A DNA stretch of 32,017 bases from Octopus bimaculoides (Eukaryota): positions 2,563,039 through 2,595,055 of the forward strand of contig NC_069009.1 in NCBI RefSeq assembly GCF_001194135.2. Reading direction: 5' to 3'. A program made the position numbers and the translations under genes. Under the pieces are notes generated by a model. The model ran no database searches, was not told the DNA's origin, and saw only the letters and a list, made by a program, of their open reading frames with translations. This document shows positions 21,478 to 32,017 of this stretch, in pieces. Every line of letters starts with the position of its first letter. Position 1 is the first letter of the stretch.

Positions 21478-22122
21478 CAGTGCCAGATTTACCATTGTGC
21501 TTAGGTGTGCTGAAGCACGGGGCTCTGTTGATTAGGGGGGGCCCTATCTTCCCCCCCCCAATTTTTTTACGATGAAAGTTTTCTAATGTCAAATGCTTAA
21601 ATGTTTATCCCATCATCATCATCATCGTTTAATGTCCGCTTTCCATGCTAGCATGGGTTGGACGATTTGACTGAGGACTGGTGAAACCGGATGGCTACAC
21701 CAGGCTCCAATCTGATCTGGCAGAGTTTCTACAGCTGGATGCCCTTCCTAACGCCAACCACTCTGAGAGTGTAGTGGGTGCTTTTACGTGTCACCCGCAC
21801 AAAGGCCAGTCAGGCAGTACTGGCAACGGCCACGCTCAAAATGGTGTATTTTATGTGCCACCCGCACAAGAGCCAGTCCAGGGGCACTGGCAACGATCTC
21901 GCTCGAAAATCCTACGAAGGCCATTCAGGCGGTACTGGCAACGGCCACGCTCGAAATGGTGTATTTTATGTGCCAAAAGTTATAAAAGTGAAATTAATCA
22001 CATGAATGCTTTCACACATTATTTTTTAACATAATATTGTGTATAAACAATACTCTATACAAACGTAAGGGGCTTCATAGCTTAACTAGCAGAGGTCCTC
22101 ATTTGTCCTAAATCTGGCACTG
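21478..22122. mobile_element. hAT-type MITE
   Basis: Perfect 14-bp TIR CAGTGCCAGATTTA; 8-bp TSD GCTCCAAG/GCTCCAGG (21470-21477, 22123-22130). Confidence 0.9.
21611..21975 (-). mobile_element. Family D retroposon 3' part (TGA tail, AGGAAGGGCATCCAGCTGTAGAAAC module) with 1.5 copies of the 115-bp unit
   Basis: Highly similar to 30641-31000. Confidence 0.85.
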
Positions 22123-22550
22123 GCTCCAGGTTGGGCACCAGTGGTCTGTTTTACAGCAAATTGGTGGAAGGCAAGCAGATGCAAGGTGAACAGAAGAAGC
22201 ATTACAAGGACACTCTCAGAAACCTCGCTGAAGAGCTTTGACACCTGGGTAACATAAGCACAAGGAAGGGGTGGGTATTTTTGAAAAAGAATCATGCATT
22301 TTGTTATGCTGAACTCAAATGATGTGGTGTTATGAGCCAGGCTGTGTTGGAAGGAAGGACCAGAAGTGAGGGAGTGTGCAGGTCCTGTCGGAAGTGGGGC
22401 CTGCAGTTACCATCAGAAGGGCTGTGGTGGGTATGCAGGATCTGTGAGGCGTGAACAAGCAGTTCCCAGCTTGACAGTGTACGAGAGCAGAGGTGTTGGA
22501 TGGTTCAGCAGTAGACAGACCACGTGGATGTTGTGAGTGACCCCTTTCAG

Positions 22551-23093
22551 GTTGTTGTTGGCACTCCGTCGCTTACGACATCGAGGGTTCCAGTTGATCC
22601 CGTTCAACGGAACAGCCTGCTCGTGAAATTAACGTGCAAGTGGCTGAGCACTCCACAGACACGTGTACCCTTAACGTAGTTCTCGGGGTTATTCAGTGTG
22701 ACACAGAGTGTGACAAGGCTGACCCTTTGAATTACAGGCACAACAGAAACAGGAAGTAAGAGTGAGAGAAAGTTGTGGTGGAAGAGTACAGCAGGGTTCG
22801 CCACCATCCTCTGCCGGNNNNNNNNNNAACGTAGTTCTCGGGGTTATTCAGTGTGACACAGAGTGTGACAAGGCTGACCCTTTGAATTACAGGCACAACA
22901 GAAACAGGAAGTAAGAGTGAGAGAAAGTTGTGGTGGAAGAGTACAGCAGGGTTCGCCACCATCCTCTGCCGGAGCCTCGTGGAGCTTTAGGTGTTTTCGC
23001 TCAATAAACACTCACAACATCGGGTCTGGGAATCGAAACCGCGATCCTATGACCACGAGTCCGCTGCCCTAACCACTGGGCCATTGCGCTTCC
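22551..23093 (-). mobile_element. SINE family C
   Basis: Matches 4061-4706; part is duplicated around the 10-N join at 22818-22827. Confidence 0.9.
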
Positions 23094-23649
23094 ACTCCCT
23101 TCCAGGTAGACAGGTAAAAATCTCCCTAATTCTCCCTCTACCTTTTTCTGGTTGTCTTTTCCTCCTTCACATCACAAATGAGTTACTCAAAAACGTGCTG
23201 CCAGTGTAGTGCATGGGGAAAGCTTGGACTGCAATATCTGTGAATTTGTATACCTATCTTAGTCACCACTGAAGCCACAAGTGTAAAACATAATTTTGTC
23301 TCTGAGTGCACAGTGTTCTTAATGGTCATTGATGGTCTTCCTTGGTCACGAGTGGACAGCCGTCATGTATGTGTGTGTGTGTGTGTGTGTGATGGCAGTT
23401 GTGTTGGTTGTGTGGTGGTAGTAGCAGTGGTGATAGTGGTGCTTGTGCTGGACAGCTGATAAATATTGATGCGGCTGACTGATTTGCAAAGAGAAAATTT
23501 GTGTGCATGCGTGTGCATGTGTGTGTATGTGAGTGTGTATGAGTGTGTGTGTACGTGTGTGTGTGTGTGAGTGCGTGCGTGTGTTTGTGTGTGTTTGCAG
23601 GTATCAATGAAAGAATAAGAATAGGGTGGTCGTAGTTGGGTATGTCTGC

Positions 23650-24620
23650 AGGACAAAGTGAGAGATGAAGAGAGAAAGAAAGAGAGGGAGGGAGGGAGAG
23701 GAAATGTGTATCAATGAAAGGAGAAGGAAGAGGAGGTGGCTAGAGTTAGTTGCTGGAGGAGACGGAGAAAGAAAGAAAGATATGAGAGAGAGAGAGGGAG
23801 GGAAAGAGAAAATAAAGAGGGAGTATGTTTGTGTAAGTATTGAGTTGCAGAAGGAGGAAAGGGCTTGATACAGAGAGAGACTGGGAGAGAAAGAGAGAGA
23901 GAGAGAGTTGAATGGAATCAGAGAGGAAGAGATAGTGATATATGTAGACTGAGTAACAATGGGGGTAGTAGGAAGAGGAGAGGCATTTGCCAAGGTACTG
24001 TTGATGTAATTTGTTGATTGGCTGACAGAGTTGCCGGGCAGGAGTAGAAGGGTGAGGAGGGGAAAGGGTTAGTATTGATCTGCTGGTAGCGAGAAAAGAG
24101 AGAGAGAGAGAGAGAGGGAGAGGGAGAGAAAGAGATATAGAGAGAGAGGAGAGAGAGAGAGAAAGAGAGAGAGAGAGGGAGAGAGAGTCAGACAGAGGGT
24201 GAGAAAGAGATATAGAGAGAGGAAGATGAAGATAGGCAGAGAGAGAGGAGAAAGAGAGAGAGGGAGAGAGAGAGAGAGAGAGAGACATATACCGAGGGAG
24301 AGAGAGATTGACAGAGAGAGATAAAGAGAGACAGATGGAGATAAAGACGGAGAGAAAGAGAGAGAAAGATAAACAGAGAGGGAGAGGGGGGAGATAAAGA
24401 CAGATAGAGAGGGAGAGATGGAGGGAGAGTGATAAAGATAGACAAAGGGAGGTAAAGATAAACACAGAGAGGGAGTGAGAGAGGATGATAGACAGAGAGT
24501 GACAAAGAGAGATATAATGATAATTGGAGTTGGAGGAAGGGGAGTGAATAAATGAACAGACTAGAAAAAGAGAGACACAGACAGTGTAGAGGGAGGGATA
24601 TGATAGAAAGATATTAAGAG
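23650..24620. repeat. Degenerate (GA)n purine tract
   Basis: Direct reading. Confidence 0.9.
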
Positions 24621-24729
24621 GGAAAACGGTGTCAGCTGTGACATCTTAAGGCATGGCACACTGGGCAGAGTCCCAGGGCACAGGGTCATCATAGGTCAGC
24701 TAAAATGGCTTTCATGTCAGGTCAATGCT

Positions 24730-25000
24730 GGAGGAACATTTAACTGCTATTTCTAGCAAGCCACCCGACACTATTGGAGTCTCCGTTTATGACTATAAAC
24801 AGTTAACCAACTGACAAGGAAGCCTGTCCTTGGTTATCTGATCAGCTAGAAACAACAGCTAAATCTCTCTCCAGCACAGCCTGCATTCTTCTAGTTTTTA
24901 AAAGAACACATTGGATAATGTAGTTCCAGATACACTGTGGACTGGTCACAATTGGAGTGTCTTTCATCATGCGTCTACTTGACCAGGCTAAAGAATAAGA
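24730..25000. repeat. Family E fragments
   Basis: CTATTTCTAGCA, GCTAGAAACAACAGC and AAGAACACATTGGATAATGTAGT. Confidence 0.55.
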
Positions 25001-26036
25001 ACATTATTCTACCATTCCCATGTTGAGAATGCTTACAACTCTAGTAGCCATGCTATATCACATGATATTGTCACATGATGTATAATTGTCACATGGCATG
25101 ATTTTTTTTTTCATTTCCACTTTAGGCACAAGGCCTGAAATTTTTGGGGAGTGGGGTGGCCAGTCTTCTTAATAATTCCATTGTTTCTTTCCAGGTAAGC
25201 AGACATCTGACTGTTCAAAGAAGACTTCAAATGTAACTTGTGTGACTTCTCTTGAAAATGGACAAACTTTGGCATTGTGGTGATATCAAGTACATGGAGA
25301 AAAAGGCTTAGCCCCAAAGGAAATTCATGCTAAAATGGTTGCTAAGTTAGGGGGACCACGCTCCAGGTTTATCAATAATGTAAAAGTAGGCAACTGAATT
25401 TGAGAAAGGAAGAGAGGGTCTTGGAGGTGACCTAAGGTCTGAACGTCCTGCAATTGCCATCACCAAGGAAAATAGTGATCACGTTCATGACAGGTGACTG
25501 ATTATAAATCAAATAGCCAATAGCATTTACCATGAGAGAGTTGAGAATATTCAGTACAATGAACTTGGCACGACAAAGGCTTCTGCTTGGTGGGTGCCAT
25601 GTTTCCTGACGCTTGACCAAAAGCATACCTGGCTCATCACAAGAAAATCTGACATTATTTCAGGTAGATCCAGCTGGTTTCCTTCAATGTTTCTTAAGCC
25701 AGGTCGAGTGTTGGGGTCATCACTTTGAATCGGAGACTAAGAGATAATCCATGCTGTGGAAGACACCCCCTTATCACCTGTTCCAAAAGAAGTCTAAGTT
25801 TGTTTCATTGGCAGGGTAGATGATGGCCTCAATTTTTTGGGATGCAAAAGGCATTGTGTTTATTGACTATCTTTAAAAGGGCCACCCCAACAATGGAGAG
25901 TACTATGCCAACTTGCTGAGGCAGTTGCGAAAGTCTATCAAGACCAAATGCCCAGGAAAACTGACGAAAGGGGTCTTGTTTCACGAGGACAATGCTCCAG
26001 CACACAAAAATCTTTGGTTTCAATGGCTGTTGTGAG

Positions 26037-26788
26037 CAATAGCATAACAGTGGGGTGGGACCCCAGGCGCCAATTGAAGGGGGGGGGGCTCATCAAAAGC
26101 AAAGAAAGATGAGACTTTAAACAATTGTATTTTTTTTTTTATAACATCTCATTTCACACATTAGGTTTTTAATGTTTCAATCGAGGAAGCTAGTGCATTA
26201 AACAGTTAAAATATCGTTTCCGGGTTCAGTCCCACTGCGTGGCACCCTGGGCAAGTGTCTTCTATTATAGCCTCGGGCCGACCAAAGCCTTGTGAGTGGA
26301 TTTGGTAGACGGAAACTGAAAGAAGCCTGTCGTATATATTTATATATATATGTATGTTTGTGTGTATGTATATGTTTTTGTGTCTCTGTGTTTGTCCCCA
26401 CAACATCGCTTGACAACCGATGCTGGTATGTTTACATCCCTGTAACTTAGCAGTTTGGCAAAAGAGACCAATAGAATAAGTACTAGAACTTACAAAGAAG
26501 TCCTGGGGTCGATTTGATTCGACTAAAGGCGGTGCTCCAGCATGGCCGCAGTCAAATGGCTGAAACAAGTAAAAGAATAAAAGAATTCAAAAAATATATT
26601 TTGAATTACAGGCTGTATCGAACCGGCAGGTAAATGAACCCTGGTAAAGCATTTATTCCTAAAATATTTCTATAAAACATTAATTACTTGTAACAAATAA
26701 GTACTATAAACTATTGTGGATTTTGTAATTGGGTGGGGTGCATTTTTGTGGCTTGCCCTGGGTGTAGTTTACCCGAGGTACACCACTG
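26037..26788. mobile_element. Decayed hAT-type non-autonomous element
   Basis: TSD GTTGTGAG/GTTGTGAA (26029-26036, 26789-26796); ends CAATAGCATA and CAGTGGTGTA differ only by transitions. Confidence 0.7.
26217..26585 (+). mobile_element. SINE family A, 5'-truncated
   Basis: Near identical to 13735-14095. Confidence 0.9.
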
Positions 26789-27054
26789 GTTGTGAATGAT
26801 TGTGGCTTTGAACTGTTTGATCAATTTCCCTATTCTCCCGATTTGGCCCTGTCTGACTATCATCTCTTCCCCAACATGAAAAAACACTTCGCTGGGAGCC
26901 TGTATCGCAGTGATGATAATGTCATATCTGCTGTTGATGGCTTTTTTTGACCAACAGAACGAAAGTTTCTTCACCAATGGGATCCAAGCACTGCAACGTT
27001 GCTGGAAGAAATGTGATAAAATAAGCCTCATTTGGTCACATTCAATGAAAGTAA

Positions 27055-27130
27055 CTTCAGGTCACTGCCTGGAATCGAACTCGGAACCTTGGAGTGAGTA
27101 GCCCGCGCTCTTAATCACTATGCCATTTAA
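27055..27130 (-). mobile_element. tRNA-derived head fragment
   Basis: TGGCATAGTGATTAAG A box and GAGTTCGATTCC B box; no intact cloverleaf. Confidence 0.55.
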
Positions 27131-27241
27131 CCCGTCTTTGCCTCCTGAGTTCAAATTCCACCGAAGTAAACTTTGTCTTTCATTGGTGGTGCTCCAGCAT
27201 GGCCACAGCCTTAGCACTGAAATATATAAAAGCATAATAAA

Positions 27242-27648
27242 GGCACAGGTGTGGTTGTGTGGTAAGAAGCTTGCTTCCCAACCACATGGTTCCGGGTTCA
27301 GTCCCACTACATGGCACCTTGGGCAAGTATCTTCTATAGCCTTGGGCCAACCAAAGCTTTGTGAGTGGATTTGGTAGATGGAAACTGAAAGAAGCCTATT
27401 ATATATATGTGTGTGTGTGTGTGTATGTCTTTGTGTCTGTGTTTGTCCCCCCCCCCCCACACCATCATTTGACAACTGATGTTGATGTGCTTATGTCCTC
27501 GTAACCTAGCAGTTCAGCAAAAGAGACCGATAGAATAAGTACTAGGCTTACAAAGAATAAATCCTGGGGTCGATTTCTTCGACTAAAGGCAGTGCTCCAG
27601 CATGGCCGCAGTCAAATGACTGAAACCTGCAAAAGAGCAAAAGAGTAA
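27242..27648 (+). mobile_element. SINE family A, full length
   Basis: Colinear with 13691-14095. Confidence 0.9.
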
Positions 27649-27674
27649 AGATTATTGGTGGCTATAGTTGCTAT

Positions 27675-27965
27675 TGTTGTTTAACCCTAGGTCACTTCTG
27701 ATCAGGCAGACCTATGATCAAAAGTTTTTCAGCACTGACCATCCCAACTTTTATTCAGACATAGTCTATCTCAGACTACGTTATGCAATGTACATTATAG
27801 TAATTAATAATATGGTTATAGCTGTAATCGTTTAACCCTGGGTCAGTCCTACTCCAGCAGACCTGCGGTCAAAAATGTCTCAATAACGACTAGTCCATCT
27901 TATATCAAACCCTTCAAAGTCACTGTCTGATTTGACGGAATTTTGGCTGTTATTTCTAGCAGCAA
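27675..27965 (-). repeat. Two tandem family E units
   Basis: AACCCT.GGTCA...CAGACCT twice; GCTGTTATTTCTAGCA. Confidence 0.7.
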
Positions 27966-28020
27966 CTACTTCAGAACCCAGTGAATCTAGGAATATGTCA
28001 TTTTCGAAAAATGGTGGCAG

Positions 28021-28157
28021 CAGGGGTGGACTCAGCTGTCGGTCAATCGGGCACTGCCTGAGAGCCTGGAGCTCTGAGGAGCCCGCACTCTACACATTCA
28101 AAGGGGCCTGGTTAACAGTTATGTCCGAGGGTCCTGAACACTCTCAGTCAGCCCCTG
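28021..28157. mobile_element. Small hAT-like MITE
   Basis: TIR CAGGGGTGGACT vs CAGGGGCTGACT (10/12); flanks GGTGGCAG/GGTGGTGG (6/8). Confidence 0.5.
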
Positions 28158-28223
28158 GGTGGTGGTGGTGGTGGTGGTGTGATTGAAGGTCGATTTTTTT
28201 TTTTTTTTAGCTTCTATCTCTAG

Positions 28224-28296
28224 CAAGGCACGTGATCGCGTCAAGACTTCCCTCATCTATCACTGCAGTGCAACACACATTGCTGCTGTTCTGTAA
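28224..28296 (+). CDS. Possible terminal exon C: KARDRVKTSLIYHCSATHIAAVL*
   Basis: Follows a T-rich tract and ctctag; in phase with exon B. A competing AG lies at 28209-28210. Confidence 0.3.
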
Positions 28297-28479
28297 TGCA
28301 CCGGAGTGCATTACAGAGCGACTGGCTTCGGGTTGTAGTGNNNNNNNNNNNNNNNNNNNNNNNNNNNNNNNNNNNNNNNNNNNNNNNNNNNNNNNNNNNN
28401 NNNNNNNNNNNNNNNNNNNNNNNNNNNNNNNNNNNNNNNNNNNNNNNNNNNNNNNNNNNNNNNNNNNNNNNNNNNNNNN

Positions 28480-28516
28480 TGATGACGACGATGATGACGA
28501 CGACGATGATGATGAC

Positions 28517-28551
<35 letters not shown>

Positions 28552-28840
28552 CGATGATGATGATGATGATGATGATGATGACGACGATGATGATGATGAT
28601 GATGATGATGACGATGACGATGATGATGATGATGACGACGATGATGACGACGACGATGATGATGACGATGATGATGATGACGATGATGATGATGATGACG
28701 ATGATGATGATGATGACGACGATGATGATGATGATGATGATGACGATGACGATGATGATGATGATGACGATGATGATGATGACGACGATGATGATGACGA
28801 CGATGATGATGATGATGATGATGACGACGATGACGATGAT
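28480..28840. repeat. (GAT/GAC)n microsatellite
   Basis: Direct reading. Confidence 0.95.
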
Positions 28841-29795
28841 GAGGATACTACTACTACTACTACTACTACTACTGCTGCTGCTTCTGCTGCAGCCAACTGT
28901 TGCAGTCATATAATCAGCCACCTCCTACTAACAATCACTGTTACTACTACTACTACCTTCCGACACCCCTGCCCCTACTCACCACCACCACCACCACCAC
29001 GACTACTACTGCTGCTACTACTACTACTACTACTACAACCAACTGTTGCAGCTTCCTACTACCACCACCACAACCACCACCACCACCACNNNNNNNNNNN
29101 NNNNNNNNNNNNNNNNNNNNNNNNNNNNNNNNNNNNNNNNNNNNNNNNNNNNNNNNNNNNNNNNNNNNNNNNNNNNNNNNNNNNNNNNNNNNNNNNNNNN
29201 NNNNNNNNNNNNNNNNNNNNNNNNNNNNNNNNNNNNNNNNNNNNNNNNNNNNNNNNNNNNNNNNNNNNNNNNNNNNNNNNNNNNNNNNNNNNNNNNNNNN
29301 NNNNNNNNNNNNNNNNNNNNNNNNNNNNNNNNNNNNNNNNNNNNNNNNNNNNNNNNNNNNNNNNNNNNNNNNNNNNNNNNNNNNNNNNNNNNNNNNNNNN
29401 NNNNNNNNNNNNNNNNNNNNNNNNNNNNNNNNNNNNNNNNNNNNNNNNNNNNNNNNNNNNNNNNNNNNNNNNNNNNNNNNNNNNNNNNNNNNNNNNNNNN
29501 NNNNNNNNNNNNNNNNNNNNNNNNNNNNNNNNNNNNNNNNNNNNNNNNNNNNNNNNNNNNNNNNNNNNNNNNNNNNNNNNNNNNNNNNNNNNNNNNNNNN
29601 NNNNNNNNNNNNNNNNNNNNNNNNNNNNNNNNNNNNNNNNNNNNNNNNNNNNNNNNNNNNNNNNNNNNNNNNNNNNNNNNNNNNNNNNNNNNNNNNNNNN
29701 NNNNNNNNNNNNNNNNNNNNNNNNNNNNNNNNNNNNNNNNNNNNNNNNNNNNNNNNNNNNNNNNNNNNNNNNNNNNNNNNNNNNNNNNNNNNNNN

Positions 29796-30420
29796 CTTTC
29801 TTCTTTTCCTCCTCCCCTTATCCCTTCCTTTTTCCTCCTCCTTCTCCCCCTTTCTCCTGCTTCCTTCCTCCTCCTCCCTTTTTTCTATTTCTTCCTTCCT
29901 TTCTCCCTCCTCCTCCTCCCTTTTTTCTCTTTCTTCCTTCCTTCCTTCCTCCCTCCTCCTCCCTTTTTTCTCTTTCTTCCTTCCTTCCTTCCCTCCTCCT
30001 CCCTTTTTCTCTTCCTTCTTTCCTTCCTTCCTCCTCCTCCCTTTTTCTCTTTCTTCCTTCCTTTCTCCCCTCATCCTCCTCCTCCTCCTTTTTTCTCCCT
30101 CTTTCTCACCTTTCTTCCCCTAGTTCCTTCCTTCTTCATCTTCTTCTTCTTCTTCCAATTCTTCTTTTTCTTCTTCTAATCCTTCTGACAATTCTTCTTC
30201 TCATTCTTCTTCTTCTTCTTCTCTCAATTCTTCTTCTTCTTCTTCTTCTTCTTCTCTCAATTCTTCTTCTTCTTCTTCTCTCAATTCTTCTTCTTCTTCT
30301 TCTTCTCTTCCTCATCTTCCTACTCCATCTTCTTCTACTCCTCCTCCTCCCCCTCTTCCACTTCTCTTCTCTTCTTCATCTTCTTACTCCATCTTCTCTC
30401 ACTTCTTCCTTACTCCACAA
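29796..30420. repeat. (CCT/CTT)n pyrimidine tract
   Basis: Direct reading. Confidence 0.9.
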
Positions 30421-30640
30421 CAATCACATAACCCTCACCATTTCCTCTCCCTTCCATCTGGACCCTTCTCAAAAACATCATCTCCTCTCCGCCAACACAA
30501 CCTCTTCGGACAAAGCCTTACAGTGGGACCCTGTGGTAGTTATTTATTTACAACAAACCACAGCAGACACAGGTTAGCATGGAGTCACCACACGTGCAAA
30601 GGATCTCCAGTCGATTGCCAAAAGCGATCATGACTTGAAA

Positions 30641-31500
30641 TCATCATCATCGTTTAATGTCCGCTTTCCATGCTGGCATGGGTTGGACAGTTTGACTGAG
30701 GACTGGTGAAACCAGATGGCTACACCAGGTTCCAATCTGATCTGGCAGAGTTTCTACAGCTGGATGCCCTTCCTAACGCCAACCACTCAGAGAGTGTAGT
30801 GGGTGCTTTTACATGCCACCCGCACGAAGACAAGTCAGGCGGTACTAGCAACGGCCAACGCTCAAAATGGTGTATTTTATGTGCCACCTGCACAAGATCC
30901 AGTCCAGGGGCACTGGCAACGATCTCGCTCGAAAATTCTACGAAGGCCAGTCAGGCGGTACTGGCAACGGCCACGCTCAAAATGGTGTATTTTATGTGCA
31001 ACCCGCACAAGGGCCAGTCCAGGGGCACTGGCAACGATCTCGCTCGAAAATCCTATGAAGGCCAGTCAGGCGGTACTGGCAACGGCCACGCTCNNNNNNN
31101 NNNCAGTCCAGGGGCACTGGCAACGATCTCGCTCGAAAATTCTACGAAGGCCAGTCAGGCGGTACTGGCAACGGCCACGCTCAAAATGGTGTATTTTATG
31201 TGCAACCCGCACAAGGGCCAGTCCAGGGGCACTGGCAACAATCTCGCTCGAAAGTCCTTATACATGCCGCAGGCACAAGTGCCAGAAAGGCAACGCTGGG
31301 CACAAGTGCCAGAAAGGCGACGCTGGGCACAGGTGCTATCCCGATTTCGCTTTCGCTTGCCCCAATAAGTCTTTGCAAGCTGAGTTTCGTGTCCAATGAA
31401 GGAGACGACGTTGGCACGGGTACCAGTCGTCGAATTTAGTTCGATTTTACTTGCCTCAACAAGTCTTCGCAAGCGGAGTTTAGTGTCCAATGTAGGAAAT
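30641..31500 (-). mobile_element. Family D retroposon with internal 115-bp, 27-bp and about 99-bp tandem arrays
   Basis: TGA tail at 30641; unit anchors at 30835, 30951 and 31066; 27-mers at 31272, 31299 and 31326. Confidence 0.85.
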
Positions 31501-31597
31501 GTCACTGAAAAATAAAAGAAGCCATTTATCTTATTTTAAAGACATTCCAACTGTAACTGACTATAAGAGAGACATCGTGTATCTAGGACTACATTAC

Positions 31598-31790
31598 TTA
31601 CCTCTGCCTTAGCGAAGGCAGAGATATTGTTTTCAGTCATGTTTGTTTGTTTGTCCGTGGACAAGATATCTCAAGAACTGCTGCATGGATTCAGGGATGT
31701 TTGGCCTCATGACAGGCACAAACTGATTAGATTTTGGGATCGATCCGGTACCAGACAAAGATTCTGGATTATTTGTTACTTTTACTTTAC
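31598..31790 (+). mobile_element. DINE-1/HINE-like non-autonomous Helentron fragment
   Basis: TTAC CTCTGCCTT-AGCG-AAGGCAGAG hairpin, then GTTTTC, (GTTT)n, CAAGATATCTCAAGAA and GATTAGATTTTGG. Confidence 0.6.
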
Positions 31791-31962
31791 TTTAAATGAT
31801 TACGATCTTATGTTAACTTTCAAGTCTTTCTCAATTATCTCCCTTTAGGCTGTAACTATTTTGATTGGTGAATTATATGCATATATATATGTATATATAT
31901 ATATATATGTGTGTTGTGTGTATATATATATATATATGTATATATATATGTGTGTGTGTGTG

Positions 31963-32017
<55 letters not shown>

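Larger units (their letters stand above)
21350..22330 (+). pseudogene. RTE (BovB-like) LINE ORF C-terminal relic split by a hAT MITE
   Basis: DITWE upstream; LFYSKLVEGKQMQGEQKKHYKDTL and SLKSFD downstream. Confidence 0.65.
25258..27050 (+). pseudogene. Nearly complete decayed DD34D mariner transposase, split at 26036-26788
   Basis: MDKLWH, WVP, ECWGHHFESETK, MASIFWDAKGIVFIDYL, GVLFHEDNAPAHK; resumes VVNDCGFELFDQFPYSPDLALSDYHLFPNMKK; D-to-D spacing is 34 after excision and one frameshift fix. Confidence 0.92.

Noticed and set aside
21667-21690. CTGAGGA-ctggt-GAAA in family D as a hammerhead (also near 30695)
   Set aside because: No pairable stem II and no consistent stems I and III.
28207-30577. 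781-aa and other long ORFs with poly-Asp, poly-Ser or poly-Leu
   Set aside because: Built from microsatellites and N runs that happen to lack stops.
30831-31340. CRISPR-like reading of the regular repeats
   Set aside because: No unique spacers and no cas genes; whole units repeat, in a eukaryotic context. The count is also inflated by the N join at 31094-31103.

Overview
Eukaryotic, repeat-saturated draft-assembly DNA with many N gaps. The microsatellite load and SINE families match what I recall for octopus; this is an inference, not checked. No complete gene is present and nearly all long ORFs in the track are microsatellite or N artefacts. Supported content: (1) many copies of about five SINE-like families; (2) decayed L1/Tx1, RTE, R4-like and mariner coding relics, several split by hAT or piggyBac MITEs that themselves carry SINEs, giving three-level nests; (3) several degenerate tandem arrays; (4) two, possibly up to four, small phase-compatible candidate exons of an unidentified + strand host gene; (5) four type-I hammerhead-ribozyme-like motifs in 2.5-9.7 kb, including an inverted pair, each with a catalytic-core deviation. 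The hammerheads and the hidden exons are the most interesting signals. All alignments and folds were done by eye, and element boundaries are approximate unless a TSD or TIR is quoted.
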